A stretch of DNA of 64,000 nucleotides from Proteromonas lacertae (GCA_002245135.1 NGBS01000004.1:186001-250000); one strand, 5' to 3'; positions 26,901 through 38,763 are shown, numbered from the stretch's first letter. Notes: generated by a model from the sequence alone, not told the origin. Numbers and translations are program-made.

Positions 26901-28481
26901 AAGATGAACTTAGTTAATCCGATTTCTGATGCTAATTTATTAGGCAATTATAATAAATCCAATATGATTGTTCCGATAATATTAGGCGTGATATTAGTAA
27001 TATGTATTGGATTATGGTTCTACAGTAAATATCGAGATTATGTTGAATTAAACTCTGTAACTGAAGAGAAAGCTACAAGATTCTTGAAATATGGTTATTT
27101 AGTGAATAAGAATGAAGGAATGGAAGAAATCAAAGTCAATAGTAAGAAATCATTATGGCAATTATATAAACAGAAATTAACTCATACTCATACATGGTTA
27201 GCACCAGAATTCAAGACAATCGATGAATTAATCGTAGTGAATAGAAGTCAACATATATTTTGTTTAACTGCACAAGTATTAACTTCATTAGCTGTAAACG
27301 CATTATTCTTTGGTAATGATTCTGAGAATATTGGACAATTGATAATGACAAGTATTATTTCTACATTAGTTATGTTACCTTGTACAGTTATAATTCCAAT
27401 GATTTATAAATATGCAAATGGATATAAATCAAGAACAGTTTCAAAAAGAATGAAGTTTTCATTCAAAAAGATCTTAATTAGGATAAAGACAATATTTGCT
27501 AGTTTAAGTACAGTAAATAAGGCGTTATACAAGTTACAAGTCTCTTTATACATATTGACAGGTATGTTTGATGCAATAAGTGCAATATTCTTTATTACAT
27601 TTATGATAATAATGCCACAAGGTTATATGACATTGATATTAGCTTGCTTCTTCTTAGTGTTTATTGTTGAAACTGTAGCTTGTTTCTTTGCGACTGGAAC
27701 TCAGAATAAGAGATATTTCTTATATTTATTCTGTTTGAACTTCTTATTCACCATCTTCTTTGCGTTTATATTCATTTTCTATATTATTGGAATGAATTCT
27801 CCAGATTCAGCTACTAATGATATATGGAATGGATTCTATCAATTACCAGGATTAAAAGACTTATTATCTTATACGGAAGGTATATTACATTGTTGTGGTT
27901 ATAATAATCCAACTGATCATAACATAAATGAATGCAGTACAAATAGTGTTAGTTATTTACAAGGTGAAGATGTTGGTTGTAAAGATTTATTACATAATAA
28001 ATTGGTGAAATATGCACCAGCATGGTTAATCTATTTCGTTGCTTCTTTGATTACATTAATCCCAAAGATGGTTGTGTTATTCAAATATTTAACCTACAAA
28101 TTCAGCAGTATTATTCCTGATCTTAAAGATGATAATATCTATTACCATCAAAAAGAGGCATTGGACAAGATAACTTGCTTATTCAGAAGAAGATTATTCA
28201 AAATGAGATTTCATAGAGAGAAAGAATATGTAGCTTGGACAAGACAAAGAAGATTAAGAAGTAGTGTTGTTATGTTGGCTAATGTGTTTGTATTCTTATA
28301 TATCTTGATAATGATATATATTAACTTACTATATGGAGTTAAGTTTGTACCAAGTATGGCAACTAAATGGATTTTATCATCTGTTATATCTGTTGTGATT
28401 AGTTTGATTGTTCAAGAACCTTCGTTGATATTGTTGAATACAGTAGCATCATCAACACTTGGAGCTGCATTTAGAATATAA
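20931..28481 (+). CDS. Polycystin-1-like REJ/GAIN(GPS) receptor with EGF and TSP1 repeats and an embedded tetraspanin-like module
   Basis: Uninterrupted 2516-aa ORF: PKD/REJ motif LVLDGSAS...TYTW; EGF CQNGGECV...CECKNGYYGLFCE; TSP1-like INGGWS and WSEWSEC; GPS ...CSAIHLTDFA; PKD1-like membrane segments (HTWL...NRSQH, YGVKF...KWILSS...QEP); CCG-containing 4-TM insert. Confidence 0.8.
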   Translation: MILTKKSMLTLIEMMMLLEMVMSIDTRNARVLEVVDEKSFKASLKNETTVELKNPFTISVLSDNAIWFPNSLVKLTLLGKCKDTLITIEFEDESVKSFSLFNSLEESSFSKVCFKISVKNHAKLQVEEKFIIVNKVENSHFYNIQLTLPVEGMSFSSNAEASGILVKSVISSTILQAAVFFGKLELQSLSSVMFVTVSQDSYIGNAIVQGNTLIVGNSQNFGVIGGIVSKSTIVDSIVDISIVNINANATSVIKRSIGMIVGSLSSHSKIFNVAVIVRDTMKINGTTLNLGILAGKVENSDINNCFVKTVIKQLTFNGNETVMVGSLVGEINNNDNEDKVMMVNNYGLITLEISSTEYLVKDYGLYFGKINKGTVQMVNSYIYLTISEGIKDTITVSDISVINNNDEDSYINIKIQDVYYIIRPNDIEVILHSNILKYYNKNDANDVVGIKDKLKNFDDKSNGFASYKLTPYWDDDKKELTNLNQISQKNIRYIKDDSGNYEGYNYYLNDYNGIYCSTPLLGSNTGLTYVNDYPTTKYDLYCIQTEGNNDYALTITTKPDWMVINGYSDSGDNKIAKPPTVNVYSIDVKEDHVGVADGNVKFEFSSTVGTTDSYGFSYNEKDDKKPAVNIDPLYLQFGSVELKSFEYTIRLDKKPSSSVVVKPIIKSDKYTITPTEVELKQDNYFKQVFTITPLAVNETTTITLTHTITTTDIDYKDIQIPEMKLKTVVQDKSSAPELIRVKESDSDYEIMIDFNIPCYVEDVIFECDRLFIVDPTLLSSVEQCIWGPNNKTITMKLNNYTDIIPDTTITIRENRIRSSKYSIYSTKGNMTVELRPPIPQVVSSNFIDGSKINITFDTEIKAGISSEGLLCNKIFNDTSSLDSNGEDKIRCYLQNYKSIIVELSYRSDIVPGEELVILGGILKSAENHMYSMPETSVTILAPNPLPKLEAIVKLQPKILFCRKLVLDGSASTGSPGRPLTYTWKLLDQTNTTISEYLDTERAIIEFPSFFFNVGTYKFQLKVKSFLSSDENTADIEVVVTDIPFVNTIIDGPMKSTVYVGQFVFIKSKVTYEYCGENEDKTPLEYKWKVTKSNEIIPLDSFDNSDLTRIGVNGTTLSLGDYKFEITGSKGELTNTATAEVTVGIRNLGIEPAFPLIQTILSNETVTVGVKLTNEKETITYQWSSSDIELTGYDVNKKTLSLEKDTLLKNHEYEFILHAHGQISKKDKWLKFKVVVKDPTAFIVNIENELHPNNIFSVSDIITLTTSIHNKNPNSYYSYKWSYTNSAYRSPFLSQKDRSSVFIDCSVLSPYTEHTIQVIITDSDGKTAVAKYPFTVTLPPSGGYIVVPKINEYVFGVKYTLSTAGWSGNVEQLSYRFGVLKDNTVYYLQSVFGTSPSYYGLLPFGSVYDNYTLIPIVFVQDVAGGIVNTTLTSNGEVVKIYAPPILNEEELKATLNETLQGLIIERDYDQMYNLIGSVSDQYKQSGCKDRCQNGGECVQEYICECKNGYYGLFCENHKPINGGWSKDYYYTECKDGKRLKYKLCNNPFPQYGGLDCGEIKNETIECSGDTNCQYSEWSEWSECEAECEKYNGDTIIGSKSKNKTVINNNNNNLCVNISESKECEYTCSSPPKLCPGQILANDGSVKGDACSKHGDCQRSRNNCKENEITCLSYCNCHQNYYGDDCSKTKDEHEAIQRIKQQLFDSLNQAYKGSPSTSESMEQQSSTILSVIDPPSDLQDSAKSETFDMIKNSIDKLSENKPKSMSYEALSNYVKASSILLKDEWVQVDKRRRRMRRGLSNNDESNNDNDNDNEIGSKITEIYDNIAKIHNAQQYSPPLSVETDVVSLSLIRADVTYDYSNKVEMNGATIDINNAIKDKAGGEEIQVMNWADNPRGFDSETLNRESSILSIKISTSSGGNISEGFKEPIYFTNRVNSGVPLKDIKCTYYDGNELSTKGVVVIGMIEENGERLVLCSAIHLTDFAAQLKNIMPKMNLVNPISDANLLGNYNKSNMIVPIILGVILVICIGLWFYSKYRDYVELNSVTEEKATRFLKYGYLVNKNEGMEEIKVNSKKSLWQLYKQKLTHTHTWLAPEFKTIDELIVVNRSQHIFCLTAQVLTSLAVNALFFGNDSENIGQLIMTSIISTLVMLPCTVIIPMIYKYANGYKSRTVSKRMKFSFKKILIRIKTIFASLSTVNKALYKLQVSLYILTGMFDAISAIFFITFMIIMPQGYMTLILACFFLVFIVETVACFFATGTQNKRYFLYLFCLNFLFTIFFAFIFIFYIIGMNSPDSATNDIWNGFYQLPGLKDLLSYTEGILHCCGYNNPTDHNINECSTNSVSYLQGEDVGCKDLLHNKLVKYAPAWLIYFVASLITLIPKMVVLFKYLTYKFSSIIPDLKDDNIYYHQKEALDKITCLFRRRLFKMRFHREKEYVAWTRQRRLRSSVVMLANVFVFLYILIMIYINLLYGVKFVPSMATKWILSSVISVVISLIVQEPSLILLNTVASSTLGAAFRI

Positions 28482-28808
28482 AGAGAAAACATTTCATATT
28501 CCCTTCAATTCATATTAAAATTCATATCCATATAATTACTATGCTATATAAAAATGTGTGTTTTGATTAAGTTTCTAATACACGCAAAATGCATAAATAA
28601 TTCAATTATTCGAGGTATAGGATAGTATGTTTAGTATATGGAATGAAATTGGCAAATGTAATTTTTAAAATCCATATAAACACAGTTATCACAATTTCTT
28701 TTCATGATTCCTTCGGTAAAACATGCTAATAGATGATGTGATGAAAATGACAGTTTGATTTTCAAATACAATTAATACGTTGTATTAGTTTGTATTGAAT
28801 CTAAAAAC

Positions 28809-30680
28809 ACAAGCTTTTATTTGAGAACTGTGTTCCAAATAATGAAGTTAGTCTTTTTAGCATTATTCATTGCTTGCATTATCGCTAAACCTTCATTCGT
28901 AATTGAAGGTGATAATTTCATGAAAGATGGAAAGCCATTCCAATACATTGGTGGCTCTTTCCACTATTTCAGAGTATTTTAATTGCTTTCTTATATTTTT
29001 AATAGTCTGATCCAAACAGATGGGAAGATGTGATTGTAAAAATGAAAGCTATGGGTTTGAACGGTTTACAAACTTATGTAGCTTGGAATCTTCATGAACC
29101 AGAAAGAGGTGTATACAACTGGGAAGGCATGGGTGATTTACCTCGTTTCTTAGAAATCTGTCAAAAACACAACATGATAGTGTTTTTACGTCCAGGTCCA
29201 TATATCTGTGCTGAATGGGATTTAGGTGGTATTCCATATTGGGTATTATCTAACCGTAATATAAAAATCCGTACCAGTGATCCATTATGGGAAAACGAAG
29301 TAGAAGCTTGGTTTAATGTTTTATTAGAAAAAGTAAAACCATATTTATACAGTAATGGAGGTCCAGTAGCCATGGTACAAATTGAGAATGAATATGGAAG
29401 TTATCCAGCTTGTGATCATGATTATCTTCGTTGGATTTTACACTTAAATGAAAGAATCTTAGGAAAAGATGTAATTTACTACACAACTGATGGTGATGGT
29501 GAAGGTTATTTAAAATGTGGTACAATAGAAGAAGTATACAGTGTTGTTGATTTTGGTGCTTACTCTCCAGGTACATTCAACGGAACTGAAGTATTTGCTC
29601 CAATGAGAAAATATCAACCAACAGGTCCATTAATGAACAGCGAATTCTATCCAGGTTGGTTAAGTCACTGGAATGAATCATGGCCAAGTGTTGGTATTGA
29701 AGAAGTAGTATATACACTCAAGAGTATGTTAGAATATGGTGCTAGTGTAAACTTTTACATGGCTTATGGTGGTACTAATTTTGGATTTTACAGTGGTGCT
29801 AATGGTGGAGGTGTTGATGTTCAATTTGATACAACATCTTATGATTATGATGCTCCAATTACTGAAGCAGGAGATACAACTCAAAAGTATATGGCTATTC
29901 GTGAATACTTACAAAGTTACTTAAAAACTGAATTACCAGCAGTTCCAGCTAACTCAACAAAGAAAGCTTATGGTGAAGTTAAAATGACAAAGAGTGCAAG
30001 ATTATTTGATAATATAGCAACAATCAGTCGTCATTATTTATACAATGATAAACCATTATTATTTGAAGAATTAGGAACTGCTTATGGATATATTTTATAT
30101 ACCATCAATCTTGATTCAAGTGAAAGTAAAGTATTAGAAGTACCTGAAGTAATGGATAGAATCCAAGTATTTATGAATGGTAAATTAAAAGGAATAATCA
30201 CAAGAAAAGATGCTGCTAATACAAAGATAGATTTAGGAAGTGAAAGTGGTAGAATTGATTTATTAGTGGAAAATCAAGGTCGTATTAATTTTGGTGGATC
30301 AATGACAGATCGTAAAGGTATTGAAGAAGTAAGAATCAATGGAAAGAGTGTAATAGGATTTGAAATGAGAACATTACCAATGGATGGTTTAGATGGTTTA
30401 GTATGGAAAGATGAAATAGTAAATGATGGTCCAAGTTTCTATTATGGAACATTCACTGTAGATGAAATAGCTGATACTTGGTTAGATTATAGTGGTTGGC
30501 ATAAAGGTCATATTTACATAAATGGCTTTAATTTAGGTCGACATTGGGAAGTTGGTCCTCCAATGACTATCTACATTCCAGCTCCAGTATTAAAGAAGGG
30601 AGTTAATGAAGTAATTGTATTTGAACAGGAATCAATTCCAAGTTCTCATGCTCTTAAATCTATTGATCATCCAATATTCA
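28809..30680 (+). repeat. Left arm of an inverted duplication of about 1.9 kb (partner 48926-50785)
   Basis: Near identity to the reverse complement of 48926-50785, including the 5' leader ACAAGCTTTTATTTGAGAACTGTGTTCCAAA and the intron. Confidence 0.93.
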
Positions 30681-30748
30681 AGTATGTTCCTGATCCAGAA
30701 GCTAGAAAGCGTGTAGAAGTCGTAAAGGTATTAAAACATTTAAAGTAG
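28842..30748 (+). CDS. Secreted GH35 beta-galactosidase, copy 1
   Basis: Signal peptide MKLVFLALFIACIIA; GGSFHYFR; RPGPYICAEW; catalytic QIENEYG and SEFYPGW; TSYDYDAP; 32-nt intron 28974-29005. Confidence 0.95.
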
Positions 30749-30864
30749 ACACCGTAAAATTATGATCAGGCATATATAGAGCCTTGAAATTTTGTTTTGT
30801 TTGGAAAATAATAGAATAATCATAATTAAAACAAAATTAGAAAAAAAAACGAAATAATGATTTA

Positions 30865-33800
30865 CTATTTTTTCTCTTTCTTTAGCAAATGCTGTTTAGT
30901 ATATTCCCATACTAATATTGCTCCACTTACATGAACATTCAAAGATCGGATAATACCTAATTGAGGTATTTCAATACAATCATCCATTATTTGCAAATAT
31001 TGAGAAGGTATACCTTCTTTTTCCTTTCCTAAAAGCAAAACTACTTTATCTGGAAATTCATAATTTGTCAATGAATGACTATTGGCTGTTTGCTCAAGTC
31101 CTAATAACTTATATCCATTATCTTTCATCTGTATCAAATAAGTTAATAAATTATTTTCAGTCACTTCTTGCATAGGAACCCATTTATTAGCTGTTACAGA
31201 AGTCTATTCACATTATTTTATATTATTATTATACTTGTTGAAACATTGGATCATTTATCACTTTCATGTTTCCTAATACCAATTTCTTTGCTCCAAATAT
31301 TTCACAGGTTCTTGCTAATCCTCCCAAATTTGGTCTATTTTAATAACAATATTGAATATATATGTATATGTACAATTTATCGATTAATGATGCAACTACA
31401 ATAATGTCTTGTCTAAATCGATTACTATAACTATTTCTTGAATCATTTTCATCAATATCAAATGGACTATTCAATGAATTCCAAGGCAATATCTTTTTTT
31501 GATAGTTGAATGATACTATTATAAAATAATAATAACATAAATAATATATATACACGAATGAGTTGACATATAATTCTGAATAATCAATTGATTATTCTTC
31601 ATTCTCATTTCACTTTGATTTGATTCACTGAATGGTTCTTCTTGATAAAACTCATTGAATACTTCCAGCATTTCGCTTTGTATTTGTTCAACTAATGTGA
31701 TAGGAATATAATCACCACTTTCACATGGAGTAGATAATAATGATTCAATTGTACATTTCACTTCAGGATTAAAATCATTAAAAAAGATGGATTGTCTTTT
31801 TCTCATTTTTACAAGTTTTGGATTGTCTAACAACATTCTGTAAGTACCAAATAAGTAACTATTATCTAAAATATCCTTATTTTGACATTTCTTCTTTAAA
31901 TCATCTATTCATAATATCAATAATTATAACATACCTTCAGATATATTTAATATTGTATGTAATAATTCAAAAGTGATATATTGAGCTATTGTTCTTACTA
32001 ATCCATCAGATGATGAAAGCCAAGGTAATAGATTTTGAACAACTTTTAATTTACAATCTTCAGGTATTGATTTGCAATGTAATACACAGTTTCCACATAT
32101 AATTATTATTGAGGTTATTGTCTGATTAGATGATTTGTAATTTGATAAACTTGGTAAACAATATTTCTCCAATAAATCTGGATATTTGTTTATCATTTGA
32201 ATTCCAAATAACTCCATGTAATGACGGATATTTAACATATTCTTTAAATCTAATGCTTTCCAATAATATTCATTGATTTCTCCAATCTATATATAACAAC
32301 AATAAATAAACAACGAATATACAATTGAATCATTAATAAACTTACTACACAAACATAAACACTGCCAACATCTGATCAACTTCAAATGTTGATCACTATG
32401 AATCATATAAGTATCACTATTTCCATTAATCTGATTGTATTTCAATAACTCCAATATAATTGGATTTGTTATTTGGTATGTCCCTTCATCATCAGTTGGT
32501 AAATTGTATAAGAAATTATTCATTATGATTCTAACATACTGTTTTCTAATACAAATTAAAAATATAATAACAATTATTGTAATATATACTCACTAAAATC
32601 TCCATCCTCTAATTCAACTATTGGTTCTCTATACAATATAAACTTTGTTATTTCTTTTAAATAGAACTTTGCACTTTGAGGATATTCTTTCCATATGCTT
32701 GTACAATGTGTTATCAATATGAAATATAAAGTGGATAAACTATTCTCATTGGCTGATAACAACGAATCAAATTTTTCCTTTAATAAACCATCATCAGAAT
32801 TTAATGATTCATCCTATTATCAAAATAAACTAACAATAAAAATACAGCTAGGAAAGAAGGTCTATAAAATAGATTTAAGAATAATCTGATTGGAGTTTCA
32901 TCAATCTTTGAATCATTTATCTGTTTCCATGATATGTTCAATAATTCAGTAAACACTTCAATATTAACAATCTGATTGTCTGAAGTAATAAAAGCATCTT
33001 CGATTATTAACTCTAGCGACTTAAGCAATGATAATAATGATATCTTATCAGTGTAAACAAATGTTAAAGAAATGTAGAATATTCATTAATCTATTTTAAA
33101 AAAAGATATTAATTCTATGTCCTCAATACCTTCTTTCATGATACTAAGACAAAATGACTGTTCTAATTGTCTTGAATGACTTTTCATATTCCAAATGCAA
33201 TTCTATTAACATATTATATAAGCAAATATAGTAGTATACATAAATAGTATTCCATTTTGCATGACTGTAGATTAACAAATTGAAAGTATTATCTCTTTCT
33301 TTATCCAATACCAACTTCTCCATATTCAAGATATAATTCATTATCTCATTTGAATAAGATGCATCATTTGATAGTACTTCAATACATTGTAATATGTTAA
33401 TAATGTAATTGTTATCTTGTAAAACAGTTGATGGATTTGATATAGTTGACTTTAGTTTGTCATATAAATTAGATGTAAAATCATTACTTATAAATAACGA
33501 TGGAATAATCTGATATAATTGAATTATTGGAATAAACATATATGGAGATAATGATACTGACGATGTTTTAATTTCTTTATAATAATTAACTCTACAATAT
33601 TCAAGAACTGAGATATGAGTATCTTTACACAATTTTCTAATATAATCTTTATAACTATCTGATAAAGAGTTATAAACTCTTAGAATATTTGATAGAATGT
33701 AAAGTGAATATAATTTCGAATCTAAAGATGCATATGGATTCTCTGAAATTTGTTTTAATTCATTAACAATTGGTATTAAAGATTGAGAAATAACATCTAA

Positions 33801-36005
33801 ATTAGGAAATTGGAATAAGATGGGGATAATATGATCATGTAAATTGAATTTGTATAAAGATTCAAAATCATGTTCCTTCTTTAGATTCTCTTTCCAATAA
33901 CATTGAATGTTGTTTATCCACCACTTTTCTGATTGGATTTTGGAATAAAATGAAGAGATTATTTCATTTCTTTTACTTGATAGATATAATATATCAACTG
34001 GAATTTCGTTGAATAAGTTTGTTATAGAAGCAAATGAAACATCTTCACTATTAGTGAAATTGCTTAATATTTCAATAATGCCATTATAAAGAACTGATTT
34101 TAATGAATTTAATGGAACAAATTGCAATTGATTCACCATTATACATCTTAACAAACCATAACTTTCATTATTTAACACATTTACTGGTTTTATTATTGAT
34201 TTAAATGAATAATTATCTCTTGAAGGGATTAGTTTGTGGTTGAATATTGACAAGAAATAACGAATTGCTAAAGTACTTGTCAAATTCTTACAAATGCCAT
34301 TAAACAAATTGTAAATCATCTTGCTGTATTTTTCTTCTGGTAATGATATTAGATATCTAATAAAATGATAATAATAATTACAATATATATTTATTTATAC
34401 TTTGTGTAAAATTGAATGATTAATATTCCTGTATTATGAGTAAGAGTTCTATATAATATTGGATCATTTAAAATGGCTATGAATTCATCATATAAAAATG
34501 AATTATCAAAGTTAAAACTTGAATATTTACTCAAATCTAATTGTAGAAATGATTTTAATGTTAATCTTTTGGTTTGAAGATTTGGATGAGTAAATGCTTT
34601 AGATAGAAGAGTATATAACCACTATAAGTAATAATTAAATGAATATATATATATATATATATATACATTACAGTCAAAAGATAACAATAATTTACTTCTC
34701 TGATACTTTTCATCATCACTTTCTTGGAGTTTTATATCGTCAGGTTGGAGTAATTCAACAAAATTATTCCAAGTTTGTTCTACCAAATGAGTAGCAAATT
34801 CTTAAAAAAAAGGAATAAAATTAAAGAAATAACTATTACTATATTTATAGAAAACAAAATGATATATCCAAATTCTCATACAGTGTAATAAACAACTCCC
34901 ATTTTCTTTCCCACTTTTTATTCTTATTCATTTCATCACAAAGTTCATTTTCACTTGTTTTCTACAATATATATATATAATACCTTTATTAATAGTTTCA
35001 ATATAGTTAATGAATGTTTTTTAATCAATTCATCTTGATGATTCAAACCTTTTTGAATTAACAACCATACTTCATCTTTTCTAATAAAAAATTACAATAT
35101 ATCATAAATATACAAATAGTATTTAGTAGGTGTATTTATAATATAATAAAGCAATGGATATCCATTATTAATCTCTGAGGATTCTGTATTACATAATTCA
35201 ATTATCTTTGAATATGACTAAGTATTATAAATACTTCAATAATAAACAATACATATTCACATATTTCATTGCCATAAATTTCCCATGATGGTAATAATAT
35301 ATTTAATACAACAGATCTAATTATAATTGTATATATATAACAATCATACCTTCTTATTGAATTGGATGGATTTTGAATTAAATGAAATATTGTTGGATAA
35401 TAATCATGATAATCAATACTCTTGTTTAGACTTAATCTCATTAAACTACACAAATGATCAAAATATAAATCATCTTTTATTTCAACATCCTTATCTAATG
35501 ATGATGAAATTGTGTTTATCATGTTATATGTGATTCTATATAATTCATTTTGCCATATCTCATTTGCTTCTAAATTTTCGTAAAATTTTATCAATAACTT
35601 CCTACAATAACTATCAATTTTCTATATAAACATTATTAGTTAAGAAATATATATACATTCACCAGTATTGGCAATAATTTGTTTAATCTCTGAGTAAAAT
35701 CAGAACTTTCCACTTGACACTTTTCAATAAATAAAAGTGAGTGAAACTGTATATATATTATTCACATTATACGATTAACAAGTACTGATTTTCTTTTAGA
35801 GTATTTGTTTCAATTTTATTGCATATTTCATAAAATAGCTCGATTTTACTCACTATTAATATGATTAGTAATACAATATTATACTATTTAGTGAATCTAT
35901 GAGAGAACTGACTAATAATTCTGCAAAATCATTTCTATTTTCATAATTGCACTCATTGATCTTGTCACTAAAACTTAAATAACCTTCGAATGATAAAAAT
36001 GACAT
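30865..36005 (-). CDS. TARBP1: tRNA guanosine-18 2'-O-methyltransferase (Trm3/TARBP1), multi-exon
   Basis: C-terminal SpoU domain IIVVASLIDKL|PNLGGLARTCEIFG, LLGKEKEGIP and IEIPQLGIIRSLNVHVSGAILVWEY, preceded by a long helical region in many short-intron exons. The 5' end (ATG 36005) is less certain. Confidence 0.82.
34643..34665. repeat. (AT)n microsatellite in an intron
   Basis: Perfect AT run. Similar intronic runs near 13759-13774, 18543-18562 and 58828-58853, and a (TAA)n run at 51513-51536. Confidence 0.8.
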
Positions 36006-36105
36006 TTTTATAATCAAATACAGCAATACAGTGTATTTTCGTGTCTTCATGAAATAAACCAAAAAAACATGGATAACAATTACAATAATATTAATAATAA
36101 TATAT

Positions 36106-36390
36106 TTATTCAACATTCAAATATTCTTTCGATAATTCTTTCTTTTCTTTTTCTGATATTCCTTTTAATGTTATTTTTCTTATTGATGAAAATGTATTTA
36201 GAAATGATTTTAATTCTGATTTGTCAACATCTTCTTTTACAGTTATTGATAATTCTTCTAAACAATCAAATACTTCTTTGTTTTCTTTCATTAAACCTAA
36301 TTCATTTTCATTTAATTCATTTCCAGATATGGTTTTTTAATCTTTCAATTAACATCTTTTATTATTTCTCACTCAATCCAATATCTATAC
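36106..36390 (-). pseudogene. Decayed last-exon remnant of the pseudokinase-LRR family
   Basis: MKENKEVFDCLEELSITVKEDVDKSELKSFL matches MKENKEVFDCVEEISITIKENINKSELQSFL at about 48591-48690. The upstream DIGLSEK is followed by TAA TAA and a short deletion. Confidence 0.75.
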
Positions 36391-36661
36391 AATTTTATTA
36401 TATTACTTGAGAAAATCATGAATGATGATGAACATGAAGATATTTCTTTAAGTAAGGCTCTATAAATTAAAGACATACTTCGAAATCTGACAGACTATAC
36501 ATACTTAAATCTTTTCATTTTTATTTATGCTCATTTTATTTATTTTATATTTTCATTCATCCATATCGTTTCTCATTCTTCTTTTATTCAATGTAACTGA
36601 TTTGAATATAAATGAAACGAATTTTTTTCAATAATTATCCCAAAATCGATATTTTGCTGAA

Positions 36662-38763
36662 ATGAAAGTAATAGATAATGAAATTGGTCAGAATGGGTAT
36701 AAATACTAATATTTGATTTTATAGACTAAGTCGAATGTTAGTGAATAATGGTTTTGGTGATGTGAAAGTAAAAATTGGAAATGAAGAAGTTACTTGTGTG
36801 AAAAGTATCTTGATGACTGGAAATGATACAATAAAGAAGTTATTGCTAGATGACCAAATGAATGGAGTATTGGAGTTATATGAAAAATGTGAAATAAACT
36901 CATTTTTGGAGATAGAAAAATTCTATAGTGGTGGATGTATGGAATTAAGTGATTGTAATGTTTGTGATATTTTGCGATTTAGTATCTATTATAATGATAC
37001 TCGAATAATGAAAATCTGTGAAAAATACTTAAAGAATCATCTAAACAATTCAATAATGATTGAAATATTCGAAATATTAAATGGTATGAATATCAATCAA
37101 TTAAATGAATTGAGAGATATAAGTAAAAAATATTTGATGAGAAAAGGTTACAAATGTTTAAACGATGGTATTAATATTTATATATTGCTTAATAGATGAA
37201 TTATTACTAAAATTAAATCTAGATAATATAAAAGTAATATTTTCAAATAAGAAGCTTATAATCAAGAATGAGAGTTGGTTATTAAATCGATTAATATTAT
37301 GGTATAAGAATGTATTAAAAGAAGAAGAAGATAATGAAGAAGAAGTGGGAGAATTTGTTGAATTAATAAAGCATGAAATAAACATATATGAAATAAAGAA
37401 AGAAGAAATAGAAGAAGAATATTTGGATGAATTAAACGAACTAAAACTAGAATTATTTAACAAAGAAAATGATAATATATTAATTTGTATAAATGGAATA
37501 AAAAATGATAGAATTATCGATATTATTAATGATTATTATATTAATGAAGAAAGTGAGATAGAATTGACTGAAAATGAAAAAGAAATGCTGTATAAAGAAG
37601 ATGTTAAAGAAGAAATGGTGAGACTGTTATATACTGAAAATATGAAATTGATAGAAGTAATTTTAATGATTATATTGGAAATGAGATTATCAGATATAAT
37701 TCCATATGATATTAAAAATAAATTATTGGGTAAAATAATATATGATTATAATGAAAATCAAAGAAATCGAACAATAAAATTTTTATGTTTATTTGTTGAT
37801 GAAATGAAGAATGTAATAATCATTGAAGGATTATGTGGTAAAGAAATACTATATAAAATATTGAATGAAGATTATTATTTAAATTCCATATCTAAACGAT
37901 TATTATTCAAATTCATTGATGAAATGAAATTGAATGAGAGTGAAGAAGAAGAGATGAATAAAATAATCAATGAAGAAATATTGAAAGAAATAAAAACAAA
38001 AGATATTACATCATTTTCATATCCTCAATCAGAGTATTCATTTGAAATAAATGAAAGAATGTCAATAATTCCATCATTTGATGGAGATAGATGTGTATTT
38101 TCTATAGATCTACCTTTACCAGATGGTTTAGTGTTGGATAAAGAAAATGGAATAATATATGGAAAAGTAGATATAGAAATAGAAAAGACAGAATATGAAA
38201 TAAGTTGTAAGAATGTAAAAAGTGAAAAGAAATTCAAGTTATCATTAGAGTTTCAGATTAAATTCACAGAATTAAATAAAAATCAATATATTACAATTTC
38301 AAATAATGGAAAATTAATAACAAATACAAATGATGGTTGGAACCATTGTTATTTAAATTTGAAAATGGAAAATGGAGTTTATCATATCAAATATAAATTT
38401 CATCAAAATTGGAGTGAAAATGACAATATTATGTTAGGATTATCAACTAATAATACATATGCTGGTGTAAATATTTATAATCAATCAACAACATGTAATT
38501 ATGTTGCATGGGATGGTGAAAGTGAAGATATTACTGATTATTGTGATATTGGAGCAATTGTTAATTCAAATCCAAATTTCAATAATCATGGAGATGGTTC
38601 AATTTATGAAGTGATTGTTGATATGAATAAAAGAGAATTTTGGATAAGTCATAATGATTCATCTCCTGTTTTACTTGTTAAAGATTTACCTTCTCCATTA
38701 TATTCATATGGTGTAGTATTACACCAAAGCACTTCTTTTGAATTATTATCAGTTTCTCATTAA
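36662..38763 (+). CDS. BTB-BACK protein with a putative Ig (He_PIG-like) domain and a C-terminal SPRY-like domain
   Basis: BTB FGDVKVKIG...NVCDILRFSIYY...KICEKYL; BACK-like LLKLNLDNIKVIFSNKKLIIKNESWL; LPDGLVLDKENGIIYG; SPRY-like ITISNNGKLIT...IMLGL...VIVDMNKREFWISHN. Two short introns. Confidence 0.65.
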
